This document shows positions 35,919-46,318 of a stretch of DNA of 64,000 nucleotides, piece after piece. Position numbers and translations under genes: made by a program. The notes beneath the pieces were generated by a model. It saw only the letters and a program-made list of their open reading frames with translations, made no database searches and was not told the origin of the DNA. The stretch comes from a virus. Numbering within the stretch: position 1 is the first letter of the stretch; every line of letters begins with the position of its first letter. Location: positions 23,108 to 87,107 of IMG/VR virus record IMGVR_UViG_3300049489_000444; one strand, written 5' to 3'.

Positions 35919-38405
35919 TCACCAGAGAGCGGCAAGCATGAAACCGGAAAGTTTCTTGCCAGCCATCCTGAAACGTATTTTGAAATTTCCAGCCAGCCCT
36001 GTGATCTGACGCACCCTGGCGTTTCCGCTGATGGCCGGCATTGTTGTCCAGGCACCAGCCGTGGTTGGTGCGCTGTAGAGTTGGTACTCCACCACCGCAT
36101 CACCACCAGGGCTCTCAAGGCTTGTTGGTAGATCGCCAAAGACAACCATGAATAGCTTGCTCTGGTTGAATGGCAATGGGAATGCCTGGGAGTAGTACCA
36201 TTCACGGGCACCATCGAGGGTACCCTCAGAGTTGAATGTTGCGGTGAGGTCCTCGTCGGTGAAAACAGAATCAAGGGCCGTATTGTGACGGTCACGCCGT
36301 GATAGGATGTTGTCCTGATGTTTGACGTTTTTGAATGACTCGACGCCGATAATCTTTGTGTTTGTTGCCCCACCAAATCCGCCCATCATGGTGAGCATGA
36401 TGCGGAAGTTGCCGACCAGATGATCGACATGCTCCTGCTCTTGTGTGGCGTTCACGACATCACGCAAGTTACGGCTTATCGGACGAGTGTCATGGATGCG
36501 TGCAACGGACTGGCCGTTCCAGTTGAACGTACAGACGGGCAGCGCGTCGTCCAGCGCTGGTGTCGTTGTAGGTTCGATGTCGGCCCACAACTGGATTAGC
36601 GCATTGGCTCCGGCCGCTACCGGGGTCGGCTTTACCTTCCATGTGTCGAGGACAGAAAACACCGTATTGCTGATCTGGAATGCGTGCGTGGGCTCACCAT
36701 TCACAATTGTGGTCTGTTCCCAAGCGATCTGCTTTGGTGCTGCCGACCCGGCAGTTCCGTGAAAGATGAGAGTCTCAACGGCTATCGCGCCAGTCAGGTC
36801 CTTCCCCGTCAATTCAATCTGGACCTCCATATTCGAAGGCGGAGATAGCGGGGCATTCCACAGAGCAACCCTGATACGGGCAGGCCCGTACATAGGAAAT
36901 TGCGGGGTCTGGACGGCTGTGCCGACGCCGTTGGCGTCATTGATGAGTTTCGCGCAGCTTACGACCTGCGGGCCTTCGATGAATTGCTGCGAAGCATCTA
37001 GCCACAGGCGATAGTTCTTCGGAATCGGTCCGTTCGTCCCTACGGCATATTGCGTTGTTGGTAGAGCCTCGTAGATCTTCCCACCAGTGACGTACTCCTC
37101 TGAGGGGGTCGGATTCTGGAATTGGATGATGTCGCCGGCCACCAGCATCACATCATGGGGCAGCGCCGGAGGACGAAGACAATCAGAGTCCGTGTAGTAA
37201 ACGGTGAACCCATATGTGCTATTGAACCCTTCGTCGGTCGCGTTCTGTCGATAAAGCGCAAGGATATTCGTTCCAGGGATGAGGTCGGCCGCCAAACTGT
37301 AGGCGGTCAGGCCTGTGTCGGGTACCGATCCGCCAGAACCGTCATCTTTGTTCCCGCGAATGCCCAGGATACGGGTCGGGTATGAGTTGAGGTAGACATA
37401 GCGACGACCAACAGTCCCGGTCACCAGACCTGTCGCGTCCGTCAAGACCCGCACTCCCGGAGTGCCGTCCACGTATTCTTCGCAGATCTTCCCAGGACAA
37501 CCCGGAACATTAAGATCACGTGACAGAACAATTCCGTGCTGCAACATCTGCTGATAGAGTGTTAAGGCCCCACCACCTAGATCATTGTACGAAAGTTTGT
37601 GTGGAACCGTATCGGCGCCGGTTCCGCTCATCTGACGGTGTTCCTGATCGACCGCAGAGAACCATGGCCGTACATACTGATTGACCGCATTGGTCATATC
37701 GATGTTCAGGATTGTCGGTTGAGCCGCGTACGTGGCCGCATCCGGGTTCGGGACAACCTTGACGATAGCCAGCACCACACAATCATTGAGACGTTGAACC
37801 GAGAATTTCGTCAGGTCCTGAAAATCCTGAATCGTCACGACCTTGACCATCTGAGGTTTGTTGAGGTCAGGGTCGGACAGCGTCTCAGGTGTCGATTGTG
37901 GTAACGCCGGATCAATCGGGAGTGCCGTTACGCGACGCACGGCCTCGACGGTGTTGAAGCTTGTGACGGTGTTGGTCTCCGGGTCATCGACCACAAGATA
38001 TTCCAACAGAACGATATTCTCGATACCCTGTATGGCGGGGTCGCTCGATACAACGGCGTTATTGGCAAGGTTGATCCCGAAAAGCTGTTCTGGAATAATG
38101 ATGATGTTTCCGGCTTTGGTTACTGCGATCCCTGGCGTGATATCCAGCGTCAGCGGGTTACCGGCATTGGGCTGAACCGTCAACGGGCGACCAGATGCTG
38201 GCGTTGCCGAGTTTGGGTTCAATTCATCCACAACACCATGGGACGGGCCTTGTTCGCGGTACTGACCCATGAGGAGTTGCAGGCGTGCGCGTTGTTCGCC
38301 CGCAAACACCTGATCGAACAGGTATTCGAGGTCACGAACCCCAGGCGGAGCATCAAAGTTCAGTCCCGGAAGTTTTGAATTTGGTGTGATGAACGCGACA
38401 GCCAT
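35919..38405 (-). CDS. Putative baseplate/virion structural protein
   Basis: 828 aa, beta-rich (LDITPGIAVTKAG), in the structural operon. Confidence 0.6.
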   Translation of the reverse strand: MAVAFITPNSKLPGLNFDAPPGVRDLEYLFDQVFAGEQRARLQLLMGQYREQGPSHGVVDELNPNSATPASGRPLTVQPNAGNPLTLDITPGIAVTKAGNIIIIPEQLFGINLANNAVVSSDPAIQGIENIVLLEYLVVDDPETNTVTSFNTVEAVRRVTALPIDPALPQSTPETLSDPDLNKPQMVKVVTIQDFQDLTKFSVQRLNDCVVLAIVKVVPNPDAATYAAQPTILNIDMTNAVNQYVRPWFSAVDQEHRQMSGTGADTVPHKLSYNDLGGGALTLYQQMLQHGIVLSRDLNVPGCPGKICEEYVDGTPGVRVLTDATGLVTGTVGRRYVYLNSYPTRILGIRGNKDDGSGGSVPDTGLTAYSLAADLIPGTNILALYRQNATDEGFNSTYGFTVYYTDSDCLRPPALPHDVMLVAGDIIQFQNPTPSEEYVTGGKIYEALPTTQYAVGTNGPIPKNYRLWLDASQQFIEGPQVVSCAKLINDANGVGTAVQTPQFPMYGPARIRVALWNAPLSPPSNMEVQIELTGKDLTGAIAVETLIFHGTAGSAAPKQIAWEQTTIVNGEPTHAFQISNTVFSVLDTWKVKPTPVAAGANALIQLWADIEPTTTPALDDALPVCTFNWNGQSVARIHDTRPISRNLRDVVNATQEQEHVDHLVGNFRIMLTMMGGFGGATNTKIIGVESFKNVKHQDNILSRRDRHNTALDSVFTDEDLTATFNSEGTLDGAREWYYSQAFPLPFNQSKLFMVVFGDLPTSLESPGGDAVVEYQLYSAPTTAGAWTTMPAISGNARVRQITGLAGNFKIRFRMAGKKLSGFMLAALW

Positions 38406-38412
38406 GGTAGCC

Positions 38413-40158
38413 TCACAACAGCAAAGTTCCAGAATCTAAAGAGTCGACATCCATCTGGGTACAGAGATCGGCAATCGTTTTGAAATACGGTTTGATCTGC
38501 AGGGAGCCGGCCTGCCAATCGAAAGCTCCAACCTGCCTAGCAGATAGGCCGTACTGTAGCTGTTCGATGTGTCGACCGGTAACATTCCATGAATCCATCT
38601 CGATCTCGCCGTTTGGTGGACCGGATGTGACGAGCCGTAAGCGTGTCGCGTCCTGCTGACCGACCTTCAGACTGATTTGGACATTGACCGCAGCATTTCC
38701 GGCGCCAGACCCGGCAGCCAGTAACTGGTCTGGATATCCTGGCACGCGAGCCGCCTCGTTAGGTTCGAACTGATAATAGAGCGCGTTCACTTCACCGCTG
38801 GCGAACGTCACACGTGTCGTCCACGACAGGTCATCTTGGCCGGCTACCGGGGCAGGCCAAGCCGGGATAAGGTCGACCCAAATCTCACAACGACCACGGT
38901 CGTCATTGCGCATAACCAGTTTGTCATTCCTGTACGTGAGTACCCCGCAGTACCGGTGGAAGAACAGGAACGCACTCTGGTGGATCGGTACCCGCAGTAT
39001 GGGATGGTTCTTTTTGACCGCAACCGGATAAACTGAATCGATCGGAGACCCAAGCCCATCAGAGGTGAGGAGCGATAGCGTCTCGACAGGACTTGGCCCA
39101 TCAGTGAAGCGTCCGCTCACGTAATCGACAACGAATGGTCCGATTGGGTGCGGTAGTCGTCGGTGTGGCGGTATAGTTAGGGTGTTTGACTGGTATCCGG
39201 GGAAACCACGCAGGTACACGATATCCTCGATATTGAGGTCGCGTGGTAGCACGTTATCCAGTACGACAATTGTATTGTATTCTGACAGAGATCTAGAGTA
39301 ACCCTGAACCTCGACAACCGTGTACGGTGTCCCGCTCAGGAGTAACGATGGATCGTTTTGAATCCAAAGCTGATCACCAATAAGGACCGGAAAACGACCA
39401 CGAACACCCAGGACATCGGTCTCGGAGCCGCCAGACAGATAGGAGCCGAACGCGACCGGGACGGCCTCTGTATTTCCAGTAAACTCAGCGAAGACCATAC
39501 TCTCCAGACCGTTAATGGTGTCGAGCACTTGCCTGAACGGGGTGACCGGCGTGTTGGCCGCGTCGGTCGCGATGGTGACCGTGACGTCCAGACCATCAAC
39601 CGTGAGGCCAAACGGCGTCAACGGGACTGTCGGAATAACAATCGAGAAGAAGATACGGTTACCCAGGACACCGCCAGTTCGTGCGGTGACCTTCATGGTA
39701 TTCAGGCCCTGCGTGATGGTTGTGGATGCCTTAGGAAGCGCAATGGAAGTAACTCCAGTCGAGACAAACGCTTCTCCGTACAGGTCAATCGATGCTCCAG
39801 TATCGAAACTAGACTTGATGAGGTTGTATGTCTGGATGAGGAGTTGGTCGCGCGAGACATCCGCTACAAGCTGGATTTCATTTTCTGCGATCTGGATAAG
39901 CGAGCCAGGAACTAGCCCGTCTATGATGCGGTCGACTCTGATCTGCTGGCTGAGAGCCTGGATCGGCTCGGTTGTCTTGATACGATTATCAGGTTGGATG
40001 TTCGGCAGGAATGAACCGACACGGTTTGCGTAGCGCAACGTACCACGCAAGTTTTGATCTATGTACCGTGGCGTTCCACGCGGAACAACATGGACGGTTG
40101 TCCACTCAGGCGCGACGGCCTGAATGACGTCCTCACTCTTTCGGATGATTCCGGTCAT
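38413..40158 (-). CDS. Virion structural protein with an inserted sheath-type domain
   Basis: Contains TARTGGVLGN...VTVTIATD, a domain shared with the sheath and with 41249..42040. Confidence 0.6.
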   Translation of the reverse strand: MTGIIRKSEDVIQAVAPEWTTVHVVPRGTPRYIDQNLRGTLRYANRVGSFLPNIQPDNRIKTTEPIQALSQQIRVDRIIDGLVPGSLIQIAENEIQLVADVSRDQLLIQTYNLIKSSFDTGASIDLYGEAFVSTGVTSIALPKASTTITQGLNTMKVTARTGGVLGNRIFFSIVIPTVPLTPFGLTVDGLDVTVTIATDAANTPVTPFRQVLDTINGLESMVFAEFTGNTEAVPVAFGSYLSGGSETDVLGVRGRFPVLIGDQLWIQNDPSLLLSGTPYTVVEVQGYSRSLSEYNTIVVLDNVLPRDLNIEDIVYLRGFPGYQSNTLTIPPHRRLPHPIGPFVVDYVSGRFTDGPSPVETLSLLTSDGLGSPIDSVYPVAVKKNHPILRVPIHQSAFLFFHRYCGVLTYRNDKLVMRNDDRGRCEIWVDLIPAWPAPVAGQDDLSWTTRVTFASGEVNALYYQFEPNEAARVPGYPDQLLAAGSGAGNAAVNVQISLKVGQQDATRLRLVTSGPPNGEIEMDSWNVTGRHIEQLQYGLSARQVGAFDWQAGSLQIKPYFKTIADLCTQMDVDSLDSGTLLL

Positions 40159-40453
40159 TTGATTCCAAAGTACGCAAAAGAGAGTCGAAGAAAAAGCAGA
40201 ACGTCGCACCAGCAAAGCTATGCAGGACTACTTGTTTGATAGTCTGCACGGGCTCACCACCGTAGAACCGACCAAGACCAACAAAGAAGCTGACCCAGAA
40301 GCCAGTGCAGAAGTAGCACTCGACCAACTCTTGCCAGAACTTCGAACGTCCTACCAACCAATCACGAGGACGTTGTAGTATTTTGGCGTCGCACAGCGTG
40401 AATGTCATGCCGTATGACGCCATCCAGACAATGAGTTGATCGAATGCGTTCAC
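40133..40453 (-). CDS. DUF1360-like membrane protein
   Basis: 106 aa with hydrophobic segments and ELVECYFCTGFWV. Confidence 0.65.
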   Translation of the reverse strand: MNAFDQLIVWMASYGMTFTLCDAKILQRPRDWLVGRSKFWQELVECYFCTGFWVSFFVGLGRFYGGEPVQTIKQVVLHSFAGATFCFFFDSLLRTLESNDRNHPKE

Positions 40454-40758
40454 TTCTTGTTCTTCTTGGCGGGCTTCTCTTCGTCGTCTGACTTACTGGC
40501 CTTCTTAGAAGTCACAACCTCGACGACCTTCTCGACTAGCGTCTTAGCGGCTGGGGCTTCGTCAACGGCCTTGGAGACCTCTTCGACGGCCTTCTCGGTT
40601 GCCTTCTCGACAACCAGTGGGGCCTTGGCCACCATGGCCTTGGCCTCAGCCTTGGCCTTCTCGATCAACTCAGCCCCGACCTGCTCGATGGGCTTCAAGA
40701 TGTCGAACTTCGTGACGGTCTGTGGTTGCTGGTTCTTCACGTGGAGGCGGATAGCCAT
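40450..40758 (-). CDS. Lys/Glu/Ala-rich hypothetical protein
   Basis: 102 aa, GAGGA RBS. Confidence 0.65.
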   Translation of the reverse strand: MAIRLHVKNQQPQTVTKFDILKPIEQVGAELIEKAKAEAKAMVAKAPLVVEKATEKAVEEVSKAVDEAPAAKTLVEKVVEVVTSKKASKSDDEEKPAKKNKK

Positions 40759-40765
40759 GGTGTCC

Positions 40766-41182
40766 TCACTTCTTCTCGGGGTCTGAGGGTTTAGCTGGGG
40801 GAACGATCTCGTTGGCGGCTGGGGTTACCGTCGCCACTGGCGCGTTCTTTGGTGGTTGCTTGGAGAGCTTCTTGGCGGCCCACAGGACCAGCAAAGCGAA
40901 CGTGATAGCGGCCAACAGGTAGTTGTGGTTCTTGAGCGCCACAATCAGTTGGTCGATCAGCCCAGGAACCTCTGAATCGGTCGGGGCTGGGATTTCTGGC
41001 GCCTGCTTGGCGGGTTTGCCGGCATCGACCTTGCCGGCCGCGCTGGATACCGCGACAGCGGACGTAGACGAGGCCACGGCGGAGAAACTGCTGGAGACTT
41101 CGACGACGGTCGGTGACGCAACAACTACGCTGGCCCCAGCGTCCGCGGCAGCAAGCAACCAACAAACAATCAAGGCATTCAT
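40766..41182 (-). CDS. Membrane-anchored protein with signal peptide
   Basis: MNALIVCWLLAAADAG signal, Ser/Ala linker, C-terminal TM helix; GGAGG RBS. Confidence 0.6.
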   Translation of the reverse strand: MNALIVCWLLAAADAGASVVVASPTVVEVSSSFSAVASSTSAVAVSSAAGKVDAGKPAKQAPEIPAPTDSEVPGLIDQLIVALKNHNYLLAAITFALLVLWAAKKLSKQPPKNAPVATVTPAANEIVPPAKPSDPEKK

Positions 41183-41248
41183 AAGACCTCCGGGTGAAAA
41201 ATCTAAGTACAAAATACTCTGTTGGGCCGCTGTTGGTTCTGGCGTCTT

Positions 41249-42040
41249 TCAGAGAGCTAATATAAATCTGAAAACTGCCACGGTTTTGTCTGTCTTGGCC
41301 AGAATCGGCATATTGGCTAGGGCCAACAGGTAGTCCGTCCCGACCGTATAGGGGGTCGTCGGGGTAGTTCCGCCCGCGAGGTTGGTCGGGGCCACGTTGG
41401 CCGTTGGGGTTGTCGTGATGGTCCCGGTGGCAGAAGCCGCCATGACCGTATTGGCCGACGGGTCTGTTCGGATGGCCTCTGCGATTTGTTGGACCGTACT
41501 GGTCGGTACGCCCGAGCCGTCTGTGGCCATCTGGACCGATACGGCGGTCCCGACCGTGGTCACCACGAGCGGCAGGTTTGGGGTCCCTGTTCCGGTCAGG
41601 GCAAACGTGACCGAGTTCCCAGCAGGGCCAGCGGCTTTGGCCAGGAACAGGATACCGCCAGCACCAGTGGTGTACTGGTATTGCGCGAATGTCCCGATAC
41701 GGACCACACGAGCATAGAGTCCGATCTCGCCAAGTCCGTACAGGGCGTCATTGCGGTTGAGGCGACATACCGCCGCCACGACATTCGGGTATGGCGATTC
41801 GATCGTCACCAGCGGGGCCACACCGCCACCGAGCGGGTGGACCGGGTCGATGAGTGACGTAGATGACCCACTTGGTACCAAGACCCACACTGGGTTTGCG
41901 TCACTCAAGTACCCGCCACGACCAGCCTTGAACCCGCTCAACTGGAATGATAATTGACCAAGCAACGAACGCGCAAACAAATCGCGTCCTTGGTCCGTGA
42001 GGACCGACTCAATCGTCTGGGTGGCCGAGGTGAAGGTCAT
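41249..42040 (-). CDS. Baseplate/tail-fibre attachment-like protein with inserted domain
   Basis: LTDQGR...EIGLYA...LALAN.P..K pattern; paralog of 45878..46315 plus an insert of about 110 aa. Confidence 0.6.
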   Translation of the reverse strand: MTFTSATQTIESVLTDQGRDLFARSLLGQLSFQLSGFKAGRGGYLSDANPVWVLVPSGSSTSLIDPVHPLGGGVAPLVTIESPYPNVVAAVCRLNRNDALYGLGEIGLYARVVRIGTFAQYQYTTGAGGILFLAKAAGPAGNSVTFALTGTGTPNLPLVVTTVGTAVSVQMATDGSGVPTSTVQQIAEAIRTDPSANTVMAASATGTITTTPTANVAPTNLAGGTTPTTPYTVGTDYLLALANMPILAKTDKTVAVFRFILAL

Positions 42041-42048
42041 TCACATCC

Positions 42049-45000
42049 TCAAGATAATGGACCAGATGTGAGACGGTATGCTTCAATACTTGATGATACG
42101 AGAAACGTACCGGATCCATAACCTGCTTTTTGAACGAATGTGCTTCCGCCAGTCCCGTCTGTCTTGACACGCAAAGCAAGATACTCAGAGACAAGCAAAT
42201 AGTTAGAAGACGTTGATCCGCTCGATTTGACTTTTATTAAGGCACTCCCGTTCAGCGTCTGGACATCGCTTCCTGACGGAAAATGAATAACAGAAGATGA
42301 CCCGTAGATAGTTTCATCTCTTGTGACGTTAAATAGAGAAGCAAAACATTTTGTGACTCCGTCGCGGTGAATTACTAGTGAATAATTGACGAAGTACCAC
42401 CCAGGTTTTGTAAATTGAAAATGCCGGTATCTCGACGTTGGTGCCGGATCCGTACTGGTTATAGAGCCAGTAGCGTCATCAAAAACTATTGCATCAAATG
42501 CACAGTCTTGGGCGGTTGATACGCCAGAATTTAACGTCAGGTCGGAAGTTGTCACCCACTTAACACGCCCACCGCTCTGCCAGTACAAATCTCCGTCTCC
42601 GGTAGTACTTTCGACCGTACTCTCGATTTTGACGCCGTTGGCGTGAAGACCCGGTTGCGACGAGTCGCTGGATAACGCAATGACGCCAGGAACCTTCGTT
42701 CCGGCCCCATTCCCAGAAAGGAAACGCCCACCAACGCCGTTGGTGTTGGTCGCGACAGCATTACCGCCGGTAGCCGATACGCCAGCGCCGGCCGTGAGCG
42801 AGCCGCCGCCTGTTACAGCACCGCCTGTGGTGGCAACACCAGCCCTTGCGCTAGATGTCGCAGTCGCGCCTCCCGTAAAATACCCACCATATCCGGGATA
42901 TGCTGATCCTGAGGCGGTTCCTCCTGTGGCTACGATACCGCTCCCTGCGTTATTGCTCGCAGAGTTTCCTCCTTGGAATTCTCCTCCAGACCCTCCAAAT
43001 GCACCACCTACTGCCGCTCCGCCTATGCCGTATACGCCGCTTCCGCTGATCTTGGTGCTGGTGCTTGCTCCGCCGCCCAGGAAGTATCCACCGATATGCG
43101 CGTGGTCTGATGCATTGTCAGACCCTACGCCCATTACGCCCTGTGATCCGTATACCGGTACAAAAGAGACATTTGAACCTAAACCAAGCACCCCAGGAGA
43201 GGTAGACCCGCCTGTCCCGTATACACCAATTCCGCTTCCTGTTCCTGCGAAGCCTACGACGGCATGACCAGTACCGGTTGCGCTTGCGTATATAGCATGC
43301 CCAGTTCCGGTCGAGGCTCCGAATACTCCGATACCGGCCCCACTGTTTCCGCCGACAGCAATAAGACCTGCACCGTGGGTAGATGCCGTGATCGTGTGCG
43401 TAGCACCATTCCCAAGTGCAACAACGCCAATACCGACCAGACCTGTTCCGTCCTTAAACCCACCCTCGAACACGCCTCCAACACCACCAGAACCATTGGA
43501 GCCAGAAAGCCCTCCACCTCCTGCGGAGTGAATCCCAGCTACCGCATAAGCCCCAGCGCTTCCACCTACCAACCCGAATGGTCCGCCCTGAGCCTGTATT
43601 CCTTTTCCGTCAACAAGAGACTCGGCGTAGACACCAGTTCCGTTACCGGCCCCAGAGAATTCTCCACCTCTTCCGTTGGTCGCACCACCAACACCATTAA
43701 CCCCAGTTCCGTTGTTCGTTCCACCCTCGGCGCGGACGCCCTTCCCTGTCCCTTTCCCACGCAGGTCTGCGCCCCAGCCGTTCGTGCCTCCGCCGTCAGC
43801 GTAGATGCCTGTCCCGTTGGTTGCGCCACCGCGAGCATAGACGCCGACGTCTGCGCCGCCGCCGATGAATGCACCACCACGGGTACTACCAGCAATCGGA
43901 GACACTCCGGCCGCCACACCCACCACGGCATCATTCGATCCCTGCGCCTGTCCTATTACGGCTGGATTGTCGGTACCTGCGGACGATCCCTTGGCGTAGA
44001 CGCCAGGACCATCCGAGGTTCCACCTTGCGCGTACAACCCAGCACCATACCACGCGGATGCGGTCCAGAACTGATTTGATTGCGTGGTTCCGGGGCCAAG
44101 GAAGACACCGCCAGGACCGCCCGTGAAACCTTCGCCCCAAACCCCAGCCCCGCCGTCACCACCAGAACCGCCCCCACCAAAGACACCTGTTCCGCCAACG
44201 CCGCTACCAGCCGGAGACCCGCCCTGACCATGAACACCCGTACCGCCATTTCCGGTACTGGACGGTGCGCCACCCAAACCGAAAACGCCAGAACCGCCAA
44301 TCCCGCCGCCTGTGGTAAAACCGCCCGAACCAGAAACACCGACACCACCAGCCCCAGTACCGGTGTTGGTTCCACCCGTCGCCACAGCACCATAGCCGCC
44401 TGTCGCGCCTAGCGACGCCGACGACGTGGCCCCACCGAAAGCCTGGACGCCTAAACCACCGTCGTTGACTGCGGTCCCGCTGCCGGTCGCGACAATCGCG
44501 GTCCCGCCGCCGGTTGTGCCGGTCCCACCAAAAGCCTCAATACCTTTGCCGCCGACCCCACCAGAACTGGCCGCACCGGTCGCGTGAACGCCAGTACCGC
44601 CGGCCACACCAGTGCCGCCGACGAAAACGCCGCCCTTATCGCCGCCAGAACTGGTTGCTTCAATCGCGTTACCGCCAGTGGTCGTGGTGACCGACAGACC
44701 GACCCCACCCGTACGGTTGATGGTCAATTGGCCAGACATTGTGTCGCCGGCCTTCTTGACCTTCTCGACGTCAATCTCAGACAGGGCGTCCTGTACGTTC
44801 CTCGCAGTAACAAACGACCCACCAGGGGGTGCGTATTGGATTGATTTCGCGACGTGAGCCGGGTAGTGACCAGCGTCACGGGTCCCCAGCGGTGGCGACA
44901 CAATCGGAGTGCCACCATCCTCGGCATTGAGGTGCGTGATGGTGACGATCTTACCTGCGCCGGTTATGCCCGTGTAGGGGGTAGTTAGATCGAAAGACGT

Positions 45001-45843
45001 GTTGGTGATGCTTCCAGCAACCACATAGATTGAACTTTCGGAGTCAAAACGTACTTTGTCGCCGATGAACAGATTGGTCAGGAAGCTTGTCCCGCTGCCT
45101 GACGTGACAGCAACCAGACCGTTGGTCGCCGTGACGGTACCGGCCAGCACCACCGTTGGACCGTTAACGCCCTTGTGCCACTGCAGGTCTGTGTTGACGT
45201 ACTGGTCCGTCACGGTCTCCCAAGACGTACCGCTCCACCGCCAGAATTGGCGGTCATCAATCACCAAGTAGACGTCACCAGTTTTGACGCGCTTAACGGC
45301 GGTCGGGCTATCCGTCGGCAGCATCGAGTTAGACTGAACGACGCCACGAATGAAATATCGGTCAAACTTGTCGACGATGTCGTTCTCTCGCAGGTCGACA
45401 TCGCTGTCGCTGACTACTGAGCTTACGCCGGCCGTGACCTTGGCCAGGATGATCCGCTTGGCCTTTTCAGTTGACGAGAGCGCAGACCAATCAGCCGTCG
45501 ACAGCACCTCAAAAACCGTATCAGGTGCGCCAGCGGGTTGGTACACGGTCCGTACCACGACATATTGGGTGATGCTGGCCGTGAGACCCAAGCGGGTGTA
45601 GGGCGGGGCGTCGTGAACCACGACCATCCCGTCAGCCCCGACTGCCATGAACCCGAGCACGTCAACCGCCAGCATGCCGGGAACGCGGACCACAACGGGC
45701 GTTATGACCTGACCGGCCCCGCTTGGGTGTGCCGCTCCAGGGTCCAGAACACCACGGAGCACCAAACCGCTGAAGCGATCATTAAGATCCTTAGTTGAGT
45801 CTGGGTTTTGGAAACGAAACAGTCCGCGTAGCTGGCCCATCAT
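42049..45843 (-). CDS. Glycine-rich tail fibre protein
   Basis: 1264 aa with a long GxG-V-x-G/A repetitive shaft, KVKKAGDTMSG fibre motif and a beta-sandwich-like C-terminal tip. Confidence 0.8.
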   Translation of the reverse strand: MMGQLRGLFRFQNPDSTKDLNDRFSGLVLRGVLDPGAAHPSGAGQVITPVVVRVPGMLAVDVLGFMAVGADGMVVVHDAPPYTRLGLTASITQYVVVRTVYQPAGAPDTVFEVLSTADWSALSSTEKAKRIILAKVTAGVSSVVSDSDVDLRENDIVDKFDRYFIRGVVQSNSMLPTDSPTAVKRVKTGDVYLVIDDRQFWRWSGTSWETVTDQYVNTDLQWHKGVNGPTVVLAGTVTATNGLVAVTSGSGTSFLTNLFIGDKVRFDSESSIYVVAGSITNTSFDLTTPYTGITGAGKIVTITHLNAEDGGTPIVSPPLGTRDAGHYPAHVAKSIQYAPPGGSFVTARNVQDALSEIDVEKVKKAGDTMSGQLTINRTGGVGLSVTTTTGGNAIEATSSGGDKGGVFVGGTGVAGGTGVHATGAASSGGVGGKGIEAFGGTGTTGGGTAIVATGSGTAVNDGGLGVQAFGGATSSASLGATGGYGAVATGGTNTGTGAGGVGVSGSGGFTTGGGIGGSGVFGLGGAPSSTGNGGTGVHGQGGSPAGSGVGGTGVFGGGGSGGDGGAGVWGEGFTGGPGGVFLGPGTTQSNQFWTASAWYGAGLYAQGGTSDGPGVYAKGSSAGTDNPAVIGQAQGSNDAVVGVAAGVSPIAGSTRGGAFIGGGADVGVYARGGATNGTGIYADGGGTNGWGADLRGKGTGKGVRAEGGTNNGTGVNGVGGATNGRGGEFSGAGNGTGVYAESLVDGKGIQAQGGPFGLVGGSAGAYAVAGIHSAGGGGLSGSNGSGGVGGVFEGGFKDGTGLVGIGVVALGNGATHTITASTHGAGLIAVGGNSGAGIGVFGASTGTGHAIYASATGTGHAVVGFAGTGSGIGVYGTGGSTSPGVLGLGSNVSFVPVYGSQGVMGVGSDNASDHAHIGGYFLGGGASTSTKISGSGVYGIGGAAVGGAFGGSGGEFQGGNSASNNAGSGIVATGGTASGSAYPGYGGYFTGGATATSSARAGVATTGGAVTGGGSLTAGAGVSATGGNAVATNTNGVGGRFLSGNGAGTKVPGVIALSSDSSQPGLHANGVKIESTVESTTGDGDLYWQSGGRVKWVTTSDLTLNSGVSTAQDCAFDAIVFDDATGSITSTDPAPTSRYRHFQFTKPGWYFVNYSLVIHRDGVTKCFASLFNVTRDETIYGSSSVIHFPSGSDVQTLNGSALIKVKSSGSTSSNYLLVSEYLALRVKTDGTGGSTFVQKAGYGSGTFLVSSSIEAYRLTSGPLS

Positions 45844-45877
45844 GCACCTCTAGTGTGTACGGATATCTTGTGTCTCA

Positions 45878-46315
45878 TCACAACTGGATGAGACAATTGT
45901 ACGTGAAAGTGTCACTTCCGGTTTTCACTTTTAATGGGTAATTACCAATCGCGAACAAGAAGTCTTCACCGATATCGGGATCGTCCAGCACGGGACTGTA
46001 TACGATTGTCGCGATCAGACACAGGCTCGACAGAGGGGCGTTCGCCTCACCAGTGGTGAGCACGCAGGTGAACTGCGGGCAGAACGCACTTACGAGGGTG
46101 GCGGCATTGATCGCAATAGGACCATACGAGTACGTATTGAGCGGGCAAGTGATGGCGGCAGGGTTCGGGGCCAACGCTACCGTTGGATCGCCGACACTGT
46201 GGCCGCCGTCCGAGACAGTGAACTTGCTGATGGCAAATGCCTTCCCTGTCTTCAGTTGTTCAGCAATCCTCTGTCTGCCTTGGTCTGTGACCGTCGCAAT
46301 TATATTGAAAGCCAT
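45878..46315 (-). CDS. Baseplate/tail-fibre attachment-like protein
   Basis: VTDQGRQRIA...FLFAIGNYP.K.K; paralog of 41249..42040. Confidence 0.6.
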   Translation of the reverse strand: MAFNIIATVTDQGRQRIAEQLKTGKAFAISKFTVSDGGHSVGDPTVALAPNPAAITCPLNTYSYGPIAINAATLVSAFCPQFTCVLTTGEANAPLSSLCLIATIVYSPVLDDPDIGEDFLFAIGNYPLKVKTGSDTFTYNCLIQL

Positions 46316-46318
46316 GTG

